NCBI GenBank assembly: GCA_964486065.1
Contig: CAZAKN010000001.1
Span: forward strand, 80,657 to 144,656
DNA from: an uncultured Gammaproteobacteria bacterium
Lineage (GTDB): Bacteria > Patescibacteriota > Patescibacteriia > UBA11705 > JABHMO01
Direction of reading: 5' to 3'
Length of the DNA stretch: 64,000 nt
Within the stretch, counting starts at the first letter, position 1. Every line of letters begins with the position of its first letter. Positions 56,035-64,000 of the stretch are shown here, piece after piece. Both the position numbers and the translations under genes were made by a program. The notes beneath the pieces were generated by a model that was not told where the DNA came from, ran no database searches, and saw only the letters and a list, made by a program, of their open reading frames with translations.

Positions 56035-57072
56035 TTAGCGGATTTCTCCTCCACCGAAACATTTGCTTCCTCGCCAAAAAACGGCGAACTGTCCCGGCGT
56101 GGCTGCTCTTACGGATTTCTTGAATTTCAACACATAACCTCCTGAACATTTTTCAAGTTTGGTCCGCTCCGCGGGGGAACAATATCTGATTTTGCAATCA
56201 AGCCATCCTCGCAAATCAGGTTCTACGCCTTCAATCCAATTAACATTTTTAATCTGAATCTCTTTTGTCAATAAATCATCAGGACGATTGGTCGCCAATA
56301 AAATATTTTTTTTATAATTAAAACCCGCCACATACCAAGGTCCACCCGGCAACCCCATCCCCTTGCGTTGACCAATAGTGTAAAGAGGCAACCCCTGATG
56401 TTCGCCCAAGATTTTTTCAGTATTCAAATCAATTATGTCGCCTTTTTTCAATTTAATATTTTTTTTAATAAAAACGGAGGTATCATCATTCGGAACAAAA
56501 CATATTTCCTGCGATTCTTTTTTATCATGCACGGTCAACCCCGCTCGTTTAGCTGATTTTCTAACCTCTGTTTTAGTGAGATTACCCAAAGGGAATTTCA
56601 CGCGAGCCAATTGTCTTTGTGATAACGCGTGTAAAAAATATGTTTGATCTTTGAGTTTATCTTGAGCTTTGTGAAGAGAATAAATTCCTCGTCCACTTTG
56701 CTTGATTCGCGCGTAGTGTCCCGTAGCCAGAAAATCAACTTTTAACGGTTTAATTTTTTCCCAAAGCAAATCAAACTTAATTTTTTTATTACAAACCACG
56801 CAAGGATTCGGTGTTAATCCGCGTTCATAACTATCAATAAAATAATTTATGATTCGCTTTTTAAACTCTTGACGAGCGCGGATAATTTTAAATTCAATTC
56901 CCAGTTTACGACAAACTTCCATCGCGTCGGTCGGATCGGAATTCTCATGTAAATCCAAAAAAATCCCCACGACTTCATGTCCTTGCTTGTTCAATAAATG
57001 CGCGGTCATGGAAGAATCAACGCCACCACTCATACCAACAGCGATTTTTTTTATTTTTGCAGATTTAATCAT
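56035..57072 (-). CDS. mnmA: tRNA-specific 2-thiouridylase MnmA
   Basis: 345 aa; PP-loop SGGVDSS, catalytic Cys residues. Confidence 0.85.
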   Translation of the reverse strand: MIKSAKIKKIAVGMSGGVDSSMTAHLLNKQGHEVVGIFLDLHENSDPTDAMEVCRKLGIEFKIIRARQEFKKRIINYFIDSYERGLTPNPCVVCNKKIKFDLLWEKIKPLKVDFLATGHYARIKQSGRGIYSLHKAQDKLKDQTYFLHALSQRQLARVKFPLGNLTKTEVRKSAKRAGLTVHDKKESQEICFVPNDDTSVFIKKNIKLKKGDIIDLNTEKILGEHQGLPLYTIGQRKGMGLPGGPWYVAGFNYKKNILLATNRPDDLLTKEIQIKNVNWIEGVEPDLRGWLDCKIRYCSPAERTKLEKCSGGYVLKFKKSVRAATPGQFAVFWRGSKCFGGGEIR

Positions 57073-57149
57073 ATAGACAATTATAGCTTAGCCAAACAAA
57101 TAAAAAAACCCCGTCACAATGAAGTGACGAGGCTTGGCGATGTGGGCGA

Positions 57150-57590
57150 TCAGTATGGCGCGGAAAAGGCTACGCTTTGATTAAAAGCCTTTTCGCGCTT
57201 CACCATGCACTCATACTTGCCATCGGCGTATGAGCGTTCCACCGCGATGCAGTCGGTTCTCTGCATCTTCGGTAGATCCACGCAAACCGTGGGGATCGGA
57301 CCGAAAAGCCCGTTCCTCATTTCTTCGGCGCTGTACCCCAAGGCGGTGAATTTGGATTTCACCTGCTCCTTGAGACAACAGGGGCAGTTGAAAAAGACAT
57401 TCAACTGCTCGCCGGTGCGCGGGTTTTCCACGCGACAGGTCAAGTTGTCGCCGTCATGCTCCAACTTGAGCACCATGCCTTCTTTGGCGAAGGCGGCCTT
57501 GGCTTCCACCAAGGCTCCCTTGGCGTCGGTTTTGCAGCCGGCGACCAAAACGGAAAAAACAAGTAACAGCGGGGAAAAAACCTTGTGCAT
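57150..57590 (-). CDS. Cys-rich lipoprotein (GC-rich islet)
   Basis: Start set at MHKVFSPLLLVFSVLVAGC (signal peptide + lipobox); 8 further Cys incl. CPCC; local GC far above window background. Confidence 0.5.
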   Translation of the reverse strand: MHKVFSPLLLVFSVLVAGCKTDAKGALVEAKAAFAKEGMVLKLEHDGDNLTCRVENPRTGEQLNVFFNCPCCLKEQVKSKFTALGYSAEEMRNGLFGPIPTVCVDLPKMQRTDCIAVERSYADGKYECMVKREKAFNQSVAFSAPY

Positions 57591-57751
57591 GTAGCACCTC
57601 CTTGAAATGAGTTGAAGGAACTGAACTTTTATAAAAAAAATCATCAAAAGATGATTACGCCAACTTACCCAAAAAATATGATTTTGTCAAGTCTTATAAA
57701 GCAAAAATTCCGAAGCTTATTCGGAATTTTTGCTTATTTTAAACAAATTTA

Positions 57752-58216
57752 CTATTTTTTCTGTAAGCTAACCATAACTTGTGGCACATAAACATTATCA
57801 TGTTCGTCGGTAATTTCCACGGAATTGTTTTTCATAATTTCATTCCACATTAAATCGGATAAAACCATCTTCATATCTTTAATATCCGTTTTTACATCAT
57901 CCAAATCATTGAATTCCGAAGAATATTCCGCTCTGACTCCTTCTTCAATTTGTTTTTTTTGAGCTTTTAGTTTATTCATTTCATCTTTGATTTTTTCCAA
58001 TTCTTTATAATTTTCATAAGCTTCCTTTATCACTTGGTTTAATTCTTTTTTCTTTTTTTCCGCTTGCTTAAGTTCATTATACATTTCTTGAATTTTGCTT
58101 TGAGACATAATAATTAATTTATGATTGACTTGCCAATTATAGCAAATTGCCGGAACACGCTCAATGTGTATAAAAAAATGGGCTTCCGCCCGCAAATTAA
58201 ATTTCGTGATTATCAA
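57752..58216 (-). CDS. Hypothetical coiled-coil protein
   Basis: 154-aa ORF (true start may be internal MSQSKIQ at ~58108); Lys/Glu-rich heptad-like sequence. Confidence 0.4.
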   Translation of the reverse strand: MIITKFNLRAEAHFFIHIERVPAICYNWQVNHKLIIMSQSKIQEMYNELKQAEKKKKELNQVIKEAYENYKELEKIKDEMNKLKAQKKQIEEGVRAEYSSEFNDLDDVKTDIKDMKMVLSDLMWNEIMKNNSVEITDEHDNVYVPQVMVSLQKK

Positions 58217-58219
58217 TAT

Positions 58220-59419
58220 TTATTCAGAGGCAAGCAATCTGGCCACTTCTTCATAATTCATTCCTTTGGCCGCTCCCATGACCAGCGCAATAGAATCCTT
58301 TGAATCATTTATTCGGGTTACCAAATTATAGCCGGCTTCATCGGTGTAGCCTGTTTTAGTCCCCACAATTGGCAAATTTTTCGCGAATAATCTTTGACTG
58401 GTGCTGTATAATTTAAAATAATTTCCGGTTCGCAAATTTGTAACTTTGTAATCACTTCTGGCCGACGCGTCGCGGATCGGTAATTCATCAAAAGCGGTTT
58501 GTGCCAATTTAATTATCTCGCGAGCAATTCCCGTATTATCTTTACCAAGACCAGTCGGATCAATAAAATGAGTTTGAAGCAACCCCAGCTCATAAGCTTT
58601 GCGGTTCATAAGTTCCACGAACTCTTTATCCGTTAAACCGGTGGAACGAACCAAGGCTTCCGTGGCATTGTTTTTTGAAGCGATAATAGTGGTATAAAAC
58701 AAATCACGCACCGTAAAAATATCTCCCGGTTCACAAGGCATGGAAGCTCCCCCCACAAAATCACTGTTTTGCATGACAACTTTTTTGTCCCAGCCGGGAT
58801 TATGTTCCAGAAAAACCAAAGCAGTCATCAATTTGGTCAAGCTGGCCAAAGAACGAACTTCATCAATATTTTTTTCAAATAAAATTTCTCCGGTTTCCGG
58901 TCTGGCCAAAATAGCGGAAGCCGCAGTAAAAGAAGCTTCTTCATCTCCGAACACCGCCACCAAAGCATAGGGAAAAATGGTTTTGGCACGCGCGTACTCC
59001 CCCGATTCTTCCGTGGGAAGAGGTCGCCACTCTTTCTGATAATTATCAAAAAAATAAATATTCTTTTTAAAATATGTCGCGTTATCATTGTGTTTAACGG
59101 ATAATAAAACCGGCATGGGGAAAAATCCCGGCCGGCCATTGTCAACCTGATAAGTGTAAAAATCGGAAGTTAAAACTTTACCTTCCGGCAAAGAACCTTG
59201 ATAATCGGTTTTATTTATCCGAATATTCAAATAACCGTTGAAGTGTCGTGGCATGACCGGAATAAAAAAATCATCTCGTAACCCCACGGTATAACCACGA
59301 TCCAAGGTAACCTTATCCAAAGTAATATCAACCATCGGTTCGGCGGCATCCGAAGCTTGAAAAATACCGAACAAAAATACGATGATTGATAATAAAATTA
59401 TCCAATTCTTAATATCCAT
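58220..59419 (-). CDS. D-alanyl-D-alanine carboxypeptidase (PBP5/6-type S11 serine peptidase) with N-terminal extra domain
   Basis: 399 aa; signal/TM, SLTK (SxxK) and KTGYT (KTG) motifs in C-terminal half. Confidence 0.7.
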   Translation of the reverse strand: MDIKNWIILLSIIVFLFGIFQASDAAEPMVDITLDKVTLDRGYTVGLRDDFFIPVMPRHFNGYLNIRINKTDYQGSLPEGKVLTSDFYTYQVDNGRPGFFPMPVLLSVKHNDNATYFKKNIYFFDNYQKEWRPLPTEESGEYARAKTIFPYALVAVFGDEEASFTAASAILARPETGEILFEKNIDEVRSLASLTKLMTALVFLEHNPGWDKKVVMQNSDFVGGASMPCEPGDIFTVRDLFYTTIIASKNNATEALVRSTGLTDKEFVELMNRKAYELGLLQTHFIDPTGLGKDNTGIAREIIKLAQTAFDELPIRDASARSDYKVTNLRTGNYFKLYSTSQRLFAKNLPIVGTKTGYTDEAGYNLVTRINDSKDSIALVMGAAKGMNYEEVARLLASE

Positions 59420-59428
59420 TTTTTTAAC

Positions 59429-59905
59429 TTATTTTTTCTGAATTCCGAAAGGAGTTACTTTATAACAGCCCGGTTCGGTATAACCGTCCGCTCCATGCTC
59501 CAAGTGAAACAAAACTTCAAAATCATCTTCATTAATATTTAAAAATGTATAATTGCACGCTTGATTTTCACAAACCTCTCGGCTGGTGGCGCAAGAAACT
59601 CTGGTTTCTTCCGGATCGTTCATCTTAGCCAAATTCGGTAAAATTTGCAATAATTCGGAATTTGCTTGGCCGGCACATAAACTTACATAAGTTGGCGAAC
59701 AATATGAGTTTTCATAACTGCCGGTTTGGTTTTTTACCACCATCATGGCGTCACGCAAAGCGTTCATGGAACTGATCCGCTCCAAATCACGGATCTCAGC
59801 TCTTTTCGCGCTAAGTGAAATTGAAACAATGGTCAAAATCAAACCGACCACCGCCAATACGATCAATATTTCAATCAAAGTAAAACCTTTTACTTTTTTC
59901 AACAT
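59429..59905 (-). CDS. Type IV pilin / pseudopilin (prepilin N-terminal methylation motif)
   Basis: 158 aa; KGFTLIEILIVLAVVGLIL class III signal; Cys-rich C-terminal domain. Confidence 0.7.
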   Translation of the reverse strand: MLKKVKGFTLIEILIVLAVVGLILTIVSISLSAKRAEIRDLERISSMNALRDAMMVVKNQTGSYENSYCSPTYVSLCAGQANSELLQILPNLAKMNDPEETRVSCATSREVCENQACNYTFLNINEDDFEVLFHLEHGADGYTEPGCYKVTPFGIQKK

Positions 59906-59917
59906 AGATATTTGTTT

Positions 59918-60409
59918 TTATTTTTCTTCATTTTGTTCATCAAGCTTGGCGATTCCGTCTCTAGTCAATTCGTAACAGCCCGACTCTGGGATTTTCATGT
60001 CACGATTTTCAATCCCCGATTCCAGATAAAACAAAACCTGAAAGCCAGTCGTTGCCAATTCTCCGAAAGCGTAATCACAAGGTTTTTGACAATTTTCCGC
60101 GCATGAAATTTGTCCGAGAGGATCATGGAAATTTCGTAATACCGGAAATATTTCCGCCAATTCACCATCCGCCTCGCAAGCATTGACCAAAGCGCCTTCT
60201 TCACACCCTGCGCCGGTAAAATCAAGCCCTTTATCTCCCGCGTATTTAAGCATAGCCGTCCCCAAACTTTCCATGTCGCTGATTCTTTTAGCGTCCCGTC
60301 CTTTCTCGCGAATATTGCTGAGCGAAATCACCGCCACAAATAGCAAAATGGCGATAATCCCCATCACCACCAACATTTCAATTAAAGTAAAACCTTTATA
60401 ACTTTTCAT
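59918..60409 (-). CDS. Type IV pilin / pseudopilin
   Basis: 163 aa; KGFTLIEMLVVMGIIAILL prepilin motif; Cys-rich C-terminal domain. Confidence 0.7.
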   Translation of the reverse strand: MKSYKGFTLIEMLVVMGIIAILLFVAVISLSNIREKGRDAKRISDMESLGTAMLKYAGDKGLDFTGAGCEEGALVNACEADGELAEIFPVLRNFHDPLGQISCAENCQKPCDYAFGELATTGFQVLFYLESGIENRDMKIPESGCYELTRDGIAKLDEQNEEK

Positions 60410-60415
60410 AAATTT

Positions 60416-60568
60416 TTATTTAAGTATCATATTATTGATTTCAATTTCTTGTTCTTCCAAAGGTAAATAAACTTTTTGATGAATAAAATATGTTCCCGCT
60501 GCCACGGAGGCTGACAAAAGTAGCCAAATCATAAGCCAAATTACATTTTTTAAAACTTTATTTTTCAT
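60416..60568 (-). CDS. Small (50 aa) membrane protein ORF in pilus operon
   Basis: Hand translation MKNKVLKNVIWLMIWLLLSASVAAGTYFIHQKVYLPLEEQEIEINNMILK*; 6 nt upstream of pilin gene; below ORF-track cut-off. Confidence 0.3.
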   Translation of the reverse strand: MKNKVLKNVIWLMIWLLLSASVAAGTYFIHQKVYLPLEEQEIEINNMILK

Positions 60569-60569
60569 A

Positions 60570-61166
60570 TCAATCTTTATAATATACTTTTATTTGGAAA
60601 GAATATTCCCCAATCTCCGACAAATTATTCAAAGCCATGATTTCCATGAATCTTTCATAATCTTCCAGCTCTCGAATAAAACCGATTAAATCGTTTTCTT
60701 CTTCCGTTTGTAAATTGAAAAACGCGAAATAATGCTTTTTCTCACCGGCTATCTCTTCTTCCGGTAATTCAACATTAAATTTATAAACATGGAAACCGTA
60801 AGCTCCGGCGATTTGTTTTAAATCCAAAAACAAATCACGGGAATCCAAACCTCGTGGCAAAGCTTCACGATAAGCTTCACCCGCTCCGAACAAATAGTAG
60901 TTTTCCGAACTCATTTGAACATTTTCTTGAAGCTCCCCCCGAAAAGCGATTATTTTATGCTCTTGATCTTTTAAAGTTTGATAATCATGATACACGGCCG
61001 ACAAAGGTTTATACCATGCCACGGCGATAGCTAAAATCATAATTATCGTCATAATAGACAAAATTTTACCATGATTATCCGCTACTTTTCCCATTGCCTT
61101 AATTAGCCAAGACAATTTCTTTTTTGTTTGCGTTTTTTTATTACTTTTTTTTATTTTATCAAACAT
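60570..61166 (-). CDS. PilO-like bitopic membrane protein (pilus assembly)
   Basis: 198 aa; N-terminal basic tail, single TM, periplasmic domain; assignment by topology and operon context. Confidence 0.45.
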   Translation of the reverse strand: MFDKIKKSNKKTQTKKKLSWLIKAMGKVADNHGKILSIMTIIMILAIAVAWYKPLSAVYHDYQTLKDQEHKIIAFRGELQENVQMSSENYYLFGAGEAYREALPRGLDSRDLFLDLKQIAGAYGFHVYKFNVELPEEEIAGEKKHYFAFFNLQTEEENDLIGFIRELEDYERFMEIMALNNLSEIGEYSFQIKVYYKD

Positions 61167-61167
61167 A

Positions 61168-61956
61168 TTAATTATTCAAAGTTACGATTAGCCTCCATCC
61201 ATCGCCGGCAGGTTCTTCCGGCTCTTCCAGAGATTTCACGGTGGACATTGCTTCAATGGCCTCTTTTTCACTTTGTATATTTTCTTCCGCGACACGCATA
61301 ACCAACTCCACTTTCATGTCTTCCACGCGTTTAAGACTTATGAATTCTGAATTTTCATTTAAACGCCCGTGCAATTCACTGTAAAAATCATTAATTTTTG
61401 ATTCTTCACCCAAACTCCACAATTTACCATTAGATTCTTTTAACGATGTGAATATTTGCTCTCTCTCTCCATAAGCCAAAACTTCATGGTGAAGACCGGC
61501 AACAAGATTTAAACGATCACGCAATTCTTCATGTAAATGTCCGCGCCAATAAGCAACACCGAAATAACCGATATTAAAAACGGAAATCGCCACAAATAAA
61601 GCTAAAGCTAATTCTTTTTTTAATTCCCAAAACCGTTCGGCAATATCATCTTCAACCAAGGTTTTTACTTCTTGGCTTTCACTTTTAATTGGCTTATCAT
61701 TGACCGCAATGTTGCTACGCTTACGAATAATAAAGTCACCTTTCGGAACATTAGAGACCACATCCAGAGCTTCAACTTTAAGCCAAGCTTCTCCATTTTT
61801 TTTAATTTCATCATCTTGTTTTTTTCCCAATTTTTGGTCTTGTGGAATATGCATTTCAAAAGAAGGCGGCCGTTTGTTTTGTGTCGCTTTTTTCTTTTCT
61901 TCCTCTTCTTTTCTTTTGTATTCTTCCGGTAATAAATTGGCTCCTATGTGCCCCAT
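61168..61956 (-). CDS. PilN-like bitopic membrane protein (pilus assembly)
   Basis: 262 aa; cytoplasmic N-terminal region, TM (LALALFVAISVFNIGYFGV), periplasmic coiled coil; directly downstream of pilM. Confidence 0.45.
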   Translation of the reverse strand: MGHIGANLLPEEYKRKEEEEKKKATQNKRPPSFEMHIPQDQKLGKKQDDEIKKNGEAWLKVEALDVVSNVPKGDFIIRKRSNIAVNDKPIKSESQEVKTLVEDDIAERFWELKKELALALFVAISVFNIGYFGVAYWRGHLHEELRDRLNLVAGLHHEVLAYGEREQIFTSLKESNGKLWSLGEESKINDFYSELHGRLNENSEFISLKRVEDMKVELVMRVAEENIQSEKEAIEAMSTVKSLEEPEEPAGDGWRLIVTLNN

Positions 61957-61970
61957 GGCGCTAATGATTA

Positions 61971-63053
61971 TTATTCAATATCCCGCATGGCCAATCCCAC
62001 GGCCGTGGCCAACCTCGGTCCCAAAGCGGTCAATACCGGTTGCAAATCTTGCGGATAAATAACTCTTGCCCAAGGATTGCCGATAAATGTTCTGATGCTC
62101 AAGCGAGAAGTAAAATATTCAGATAAATTGAACAGATTCGCCGTGCCACCCGATAAAACAATCCGACTGATTTTTTTATGTTTGTTGCCTGGTTGTTCCA
62201 AATGAAAATTAATAATGTATTCAACTTCTTGAAGTATCGCGTCAATAGTCCGCTTGATAATGCGTGGCATTTCATCTTCACCGGCGAACATCTCTTCATT
62301 GCTTTCCAAATCGCGTTTAAATTGTTCAGCTTGTTTCACATCAACTTGTAAAGTATCAGCTATGGCTTGGCTGATCTGTAAACCACCGACTGCCACCGTA
62401 CGACTGACCAGAGGAATACCGTTTTCAATCACCGCGATGTCCGTTCCTTTTGCGCCGATATCCACCAAAACCACGACCGAACGATCTTTGCCAACCATGG
62501 CTCTGGACAAAGCGAAAGATTCGGTTTCCAAACTAAGCAGATTCAAATCGGCTTTTTTGAAAATATCAATATACTTTTTAACCACATCTTTAGCCGCGGC
62601 GGTTAATAAAACTTGCGACACTTTGCTGTCTTCTTCATCCCTTTCCAACATTTTCCAATCCAAAATCATTTCTTCCAACGGCATCGGCAGAATTTTAACG
62701 GCCGCTTTTTCCACTTCTTCCGTAACCCGCTTGGCGGAGGATAGATCCTTTTTCTCCAATTTCGGCAAAGCCAAAATTGAACTGAACACGGCTTGCGCCG
62801 GCAAAGCCGTAACCGCTCTTTTGGTGATTATTTTGGATTGTTTAACCACTTTTTTTATTCTTTCAGCGGTTTTTTCCGGTTCATCAATCAATTTGCTTTT
62901 GCCTCCCGCCAAGGACCTTTCCAAATATCCGTAAGTAACCAATTGCGCTCGCCCGTTATTATTGGTCAATTCAACCATTTTGATACTGCTTCCACCAATA
63001 TCCACACCCAAAAAATTGGCGTCATTGCTTCCTTTTGAAGAAAAAATTCCCAT
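61971..63053 (-). CDS. pilM: Type IV pilus assembly ATPase-fold protein PilM (actin/FtsA-like)
   Basis: 360 aa; phosphate-1 motif GVDIGGSSIKMVEL and actin-fold blocks. Confidence 0.8.
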   Translation of the reverse strand: MGIFSSKGSNDANFLGVDIGGSSIKMVELTNNNGRAQLVTYGYLERSLAGGKSKLIDEPEKTAERIKKVVKQSKIITKRAVTALPAQAVFSSILALPKLEKKDLSSAKRVTEEVEKAAVKILPMPLEEMILDWKMLERDEEDSKVSQVLLTAAAKDVVKKYIDIFKKADLNLLSLETESFALSRAMVGKDRSVVVLVDIGAKGTDIAVIENGIPLVSRTVAVGGLQISQAIADTLQVDVKQAEQFKRDLESNEEMFAGEDEMPRIIKRTIDAILQEVEYIINFHLEQPGNKHKKISRIVLSGGTANLFNLSEYFTSRLSIRTFIGNPWARVIYPQDLQPVLTALGPRLATAVGLAMRDIE

Positions 63054-63223
63054 ATATTTTACAAAATTATATTTTACTCAAAAAATTATGACTATCCGCC
63101 TTTTATTCAGACTCACTTAGCCATATTTTTATAAATTATAGCATTTTTTCCGCCAAAAACGAAGTATTTATCCACTAAATAAAAAAGCGTTTCGTTATAG
63201 TAACGAAACGCTTCATTTAACAA

Positions 63224-63571
63224 TCAGTGGACATGCTCCAAAATTACTTGGAACTCATAATCGTCAACCTCTCGGTAATAACAGAAAGATTGGCGCCAAA
63301 GCCCCACCAAATAATCTCCCACCAACGCGTTCAAACGCATTTGGGGGATCCATTTGTTGTCAATCAACAAATGCACCGCCGTGGGACATGCCTCATCGCC
63401 CACGGGATCGTGGCTGATGCTGATGATCTCCACGCCTTGAACAAGCAGGAATTTCTTCATGTTGAAGAAAAGAATCAAGGCGACATTGTAAGCCGTTTCC
63501 GACTTAAAGTTCCGCCTCAGCATCTCCTGCTCCGCAGGATCCAACTCCCTAATGAACGCTTCTTCCATCAT
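63224..63571 (-). CDS. Hypothetical cytoplasmic protein (GC-rich islet), translationally coupled to upstream lipoprotein gene
   Basis: Start set at MMEEAF preceded by AGGAGG-7nt; ORF-track N-terminal extension overlaps upstream gene. Confidence 0.45.
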   Translation of the reverse strand: MMEEAFIRELDPAEQEMLRRNFKSETAYNVALILFFNMKKFLLVQGVEIISISHDPVGDEACPTAVHLLIDNKWIPQMRLNALVGDYLVGLWRQSFCYYREVDDYEFQVILEHVH

Positions 63572-63771
63572 CACTTCACCTCCTTGATTATACAATAGCC
63601 TTCTTCGCAGGCAAAAACCTTGCCGGTCTCGCGAGGCACGCCACAGTCGGAAGCTTCCTCGCATTCCTGATCTTCCGGCAGGTCCTCATCACCTTCCAAC
63701 CAAACTTTATCCGGCAAGTGACAACTGGAGCAAAAAAACAACACAAAAAACAAAACAGCCATTTTCTTCAT
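63571..63771 (-). CDS. Small Cys-rich lipoprotein (GC-rich islet)
   Basis: Start set at MKKMAVLFFVLFFCSSC (lipobox) then CEEASDCGVPRETGKVFACEEGYC; ORF-track start 63879. Confidence 0.45.
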   Translation of the reverse strand: MKKMAVLFFVLFFCSSCHLPDKVWLEGDEDLPEDQECEEASDCGVPRETGKVFACEEGYCIIKEVK

Positions 63772-63912
63772 TTCTTCCTCCTTGCGGTGAGTCACCGCTT
63801 TGGGGTAAAAATATACAATATTAATGTTTTTAAGTATATCATGTTTTTGTATTTTTGTCAATATTGCAAGGTAAGACAAACAGCAACATTTAACTAATTT
63901 TAAATAAAAAAA

Positions 63913-63945
63913 CCCCTTTCAGCAGAAAAAGAAAGGGGTTTTTTT
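63913..63945. terminator. Bidirectional rho-independent terminator (CCCCTTTC-10nt-GAAAGGGG flanked by A7 / T7)
   Basis: Seen in sequence; a minus-strand gene C-terminus (…QADSLVNQALDKQNQ*) ends just beyond at ~63956. Confidence 0.6.
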
Positions 63946-64000
63946 ATGTTTTTTATTGATTTTGCTTATCCAAGGCCTGATTAACCAAGGAGTCCGCTTG

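Noticed and set aside
62254-62934. 226-aa + strand ORF
   Set aside because: Antisense within pilM; Ser-rich low complexity.
1-64000. CRISPR arrays, rRNA genes, transposases or integrases
   Set aside because: No regularly spaced short repeats, no rRNA-like conserved stretches, and no DDE or tyrosine-recombinase ORFs were seen anywhere in the window.

Overview
This window is an AT-rich, gene-dense stretch that looks like a reduced (CPR/Patescibacteria-like) bacterial genome, with almost every gene on the minus strand. No CRISPR array, rRNA, transposase or integrase gene was found.

Gene content, in order:
- Cell-wall and glycolysis block: mltG, GDP-mannose pyrophosphorylase, uppP, mutM, two tandem gpmI paralogs, eno, pgk.
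- SOS module: lexA, a small coupled ORF, then dinB.
- A restriction-modification cassette (m5C methyltransferase plus two putative endonuclease ORFs) bounded by a perfect 82-bp direct repeat that duplicates the murF 3' end.
- A disrupted dcw cluster: mraZ-rsmH, a ~1 kb non-coding island, ftsL, then tgt, an SPFH gene and an integrase-repeat ORF before ftsI-murF.
- tRNA-Glu(CUC).
- rplJ-rplL, then a glycosyltransferase and flippase pair.
- The tail of the ribosomal alpha operon (rpsI, rplM, rplQ, a short rpoA, rpsD, rpsK, rpsM, rpmJ, infA).
- mutS and mutL.
- alaS (short form), purB, mnmA, a PBP5-like carboxypeptidase.
- A type IV pilus cluster (pilM, pilN/O-like genes, two pilins).

The standout locus is at 45568-52684. 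An ECF sigma factor is followed 18 bp later by a 1871-aa single-pass membrane protein whose ectodomain resembles alpha-2-macroglobulin. A Hint/mini-intein-like domain sits exactly at the A2M bait-region position, and the canonical CGEQ thioester motif is degenerate. A translationally coupled, membrane-anchored Memo-like gene follows.

Other notable points:
- Two inverted LexA boxes of the alpha-type (GTTC-N7-GTTC) upstream of lexA.
- An NrdD glycyl-radical-domain remnant inside the dcw island.
- GC-rich islets that encode Cys-rich lipoproteins.
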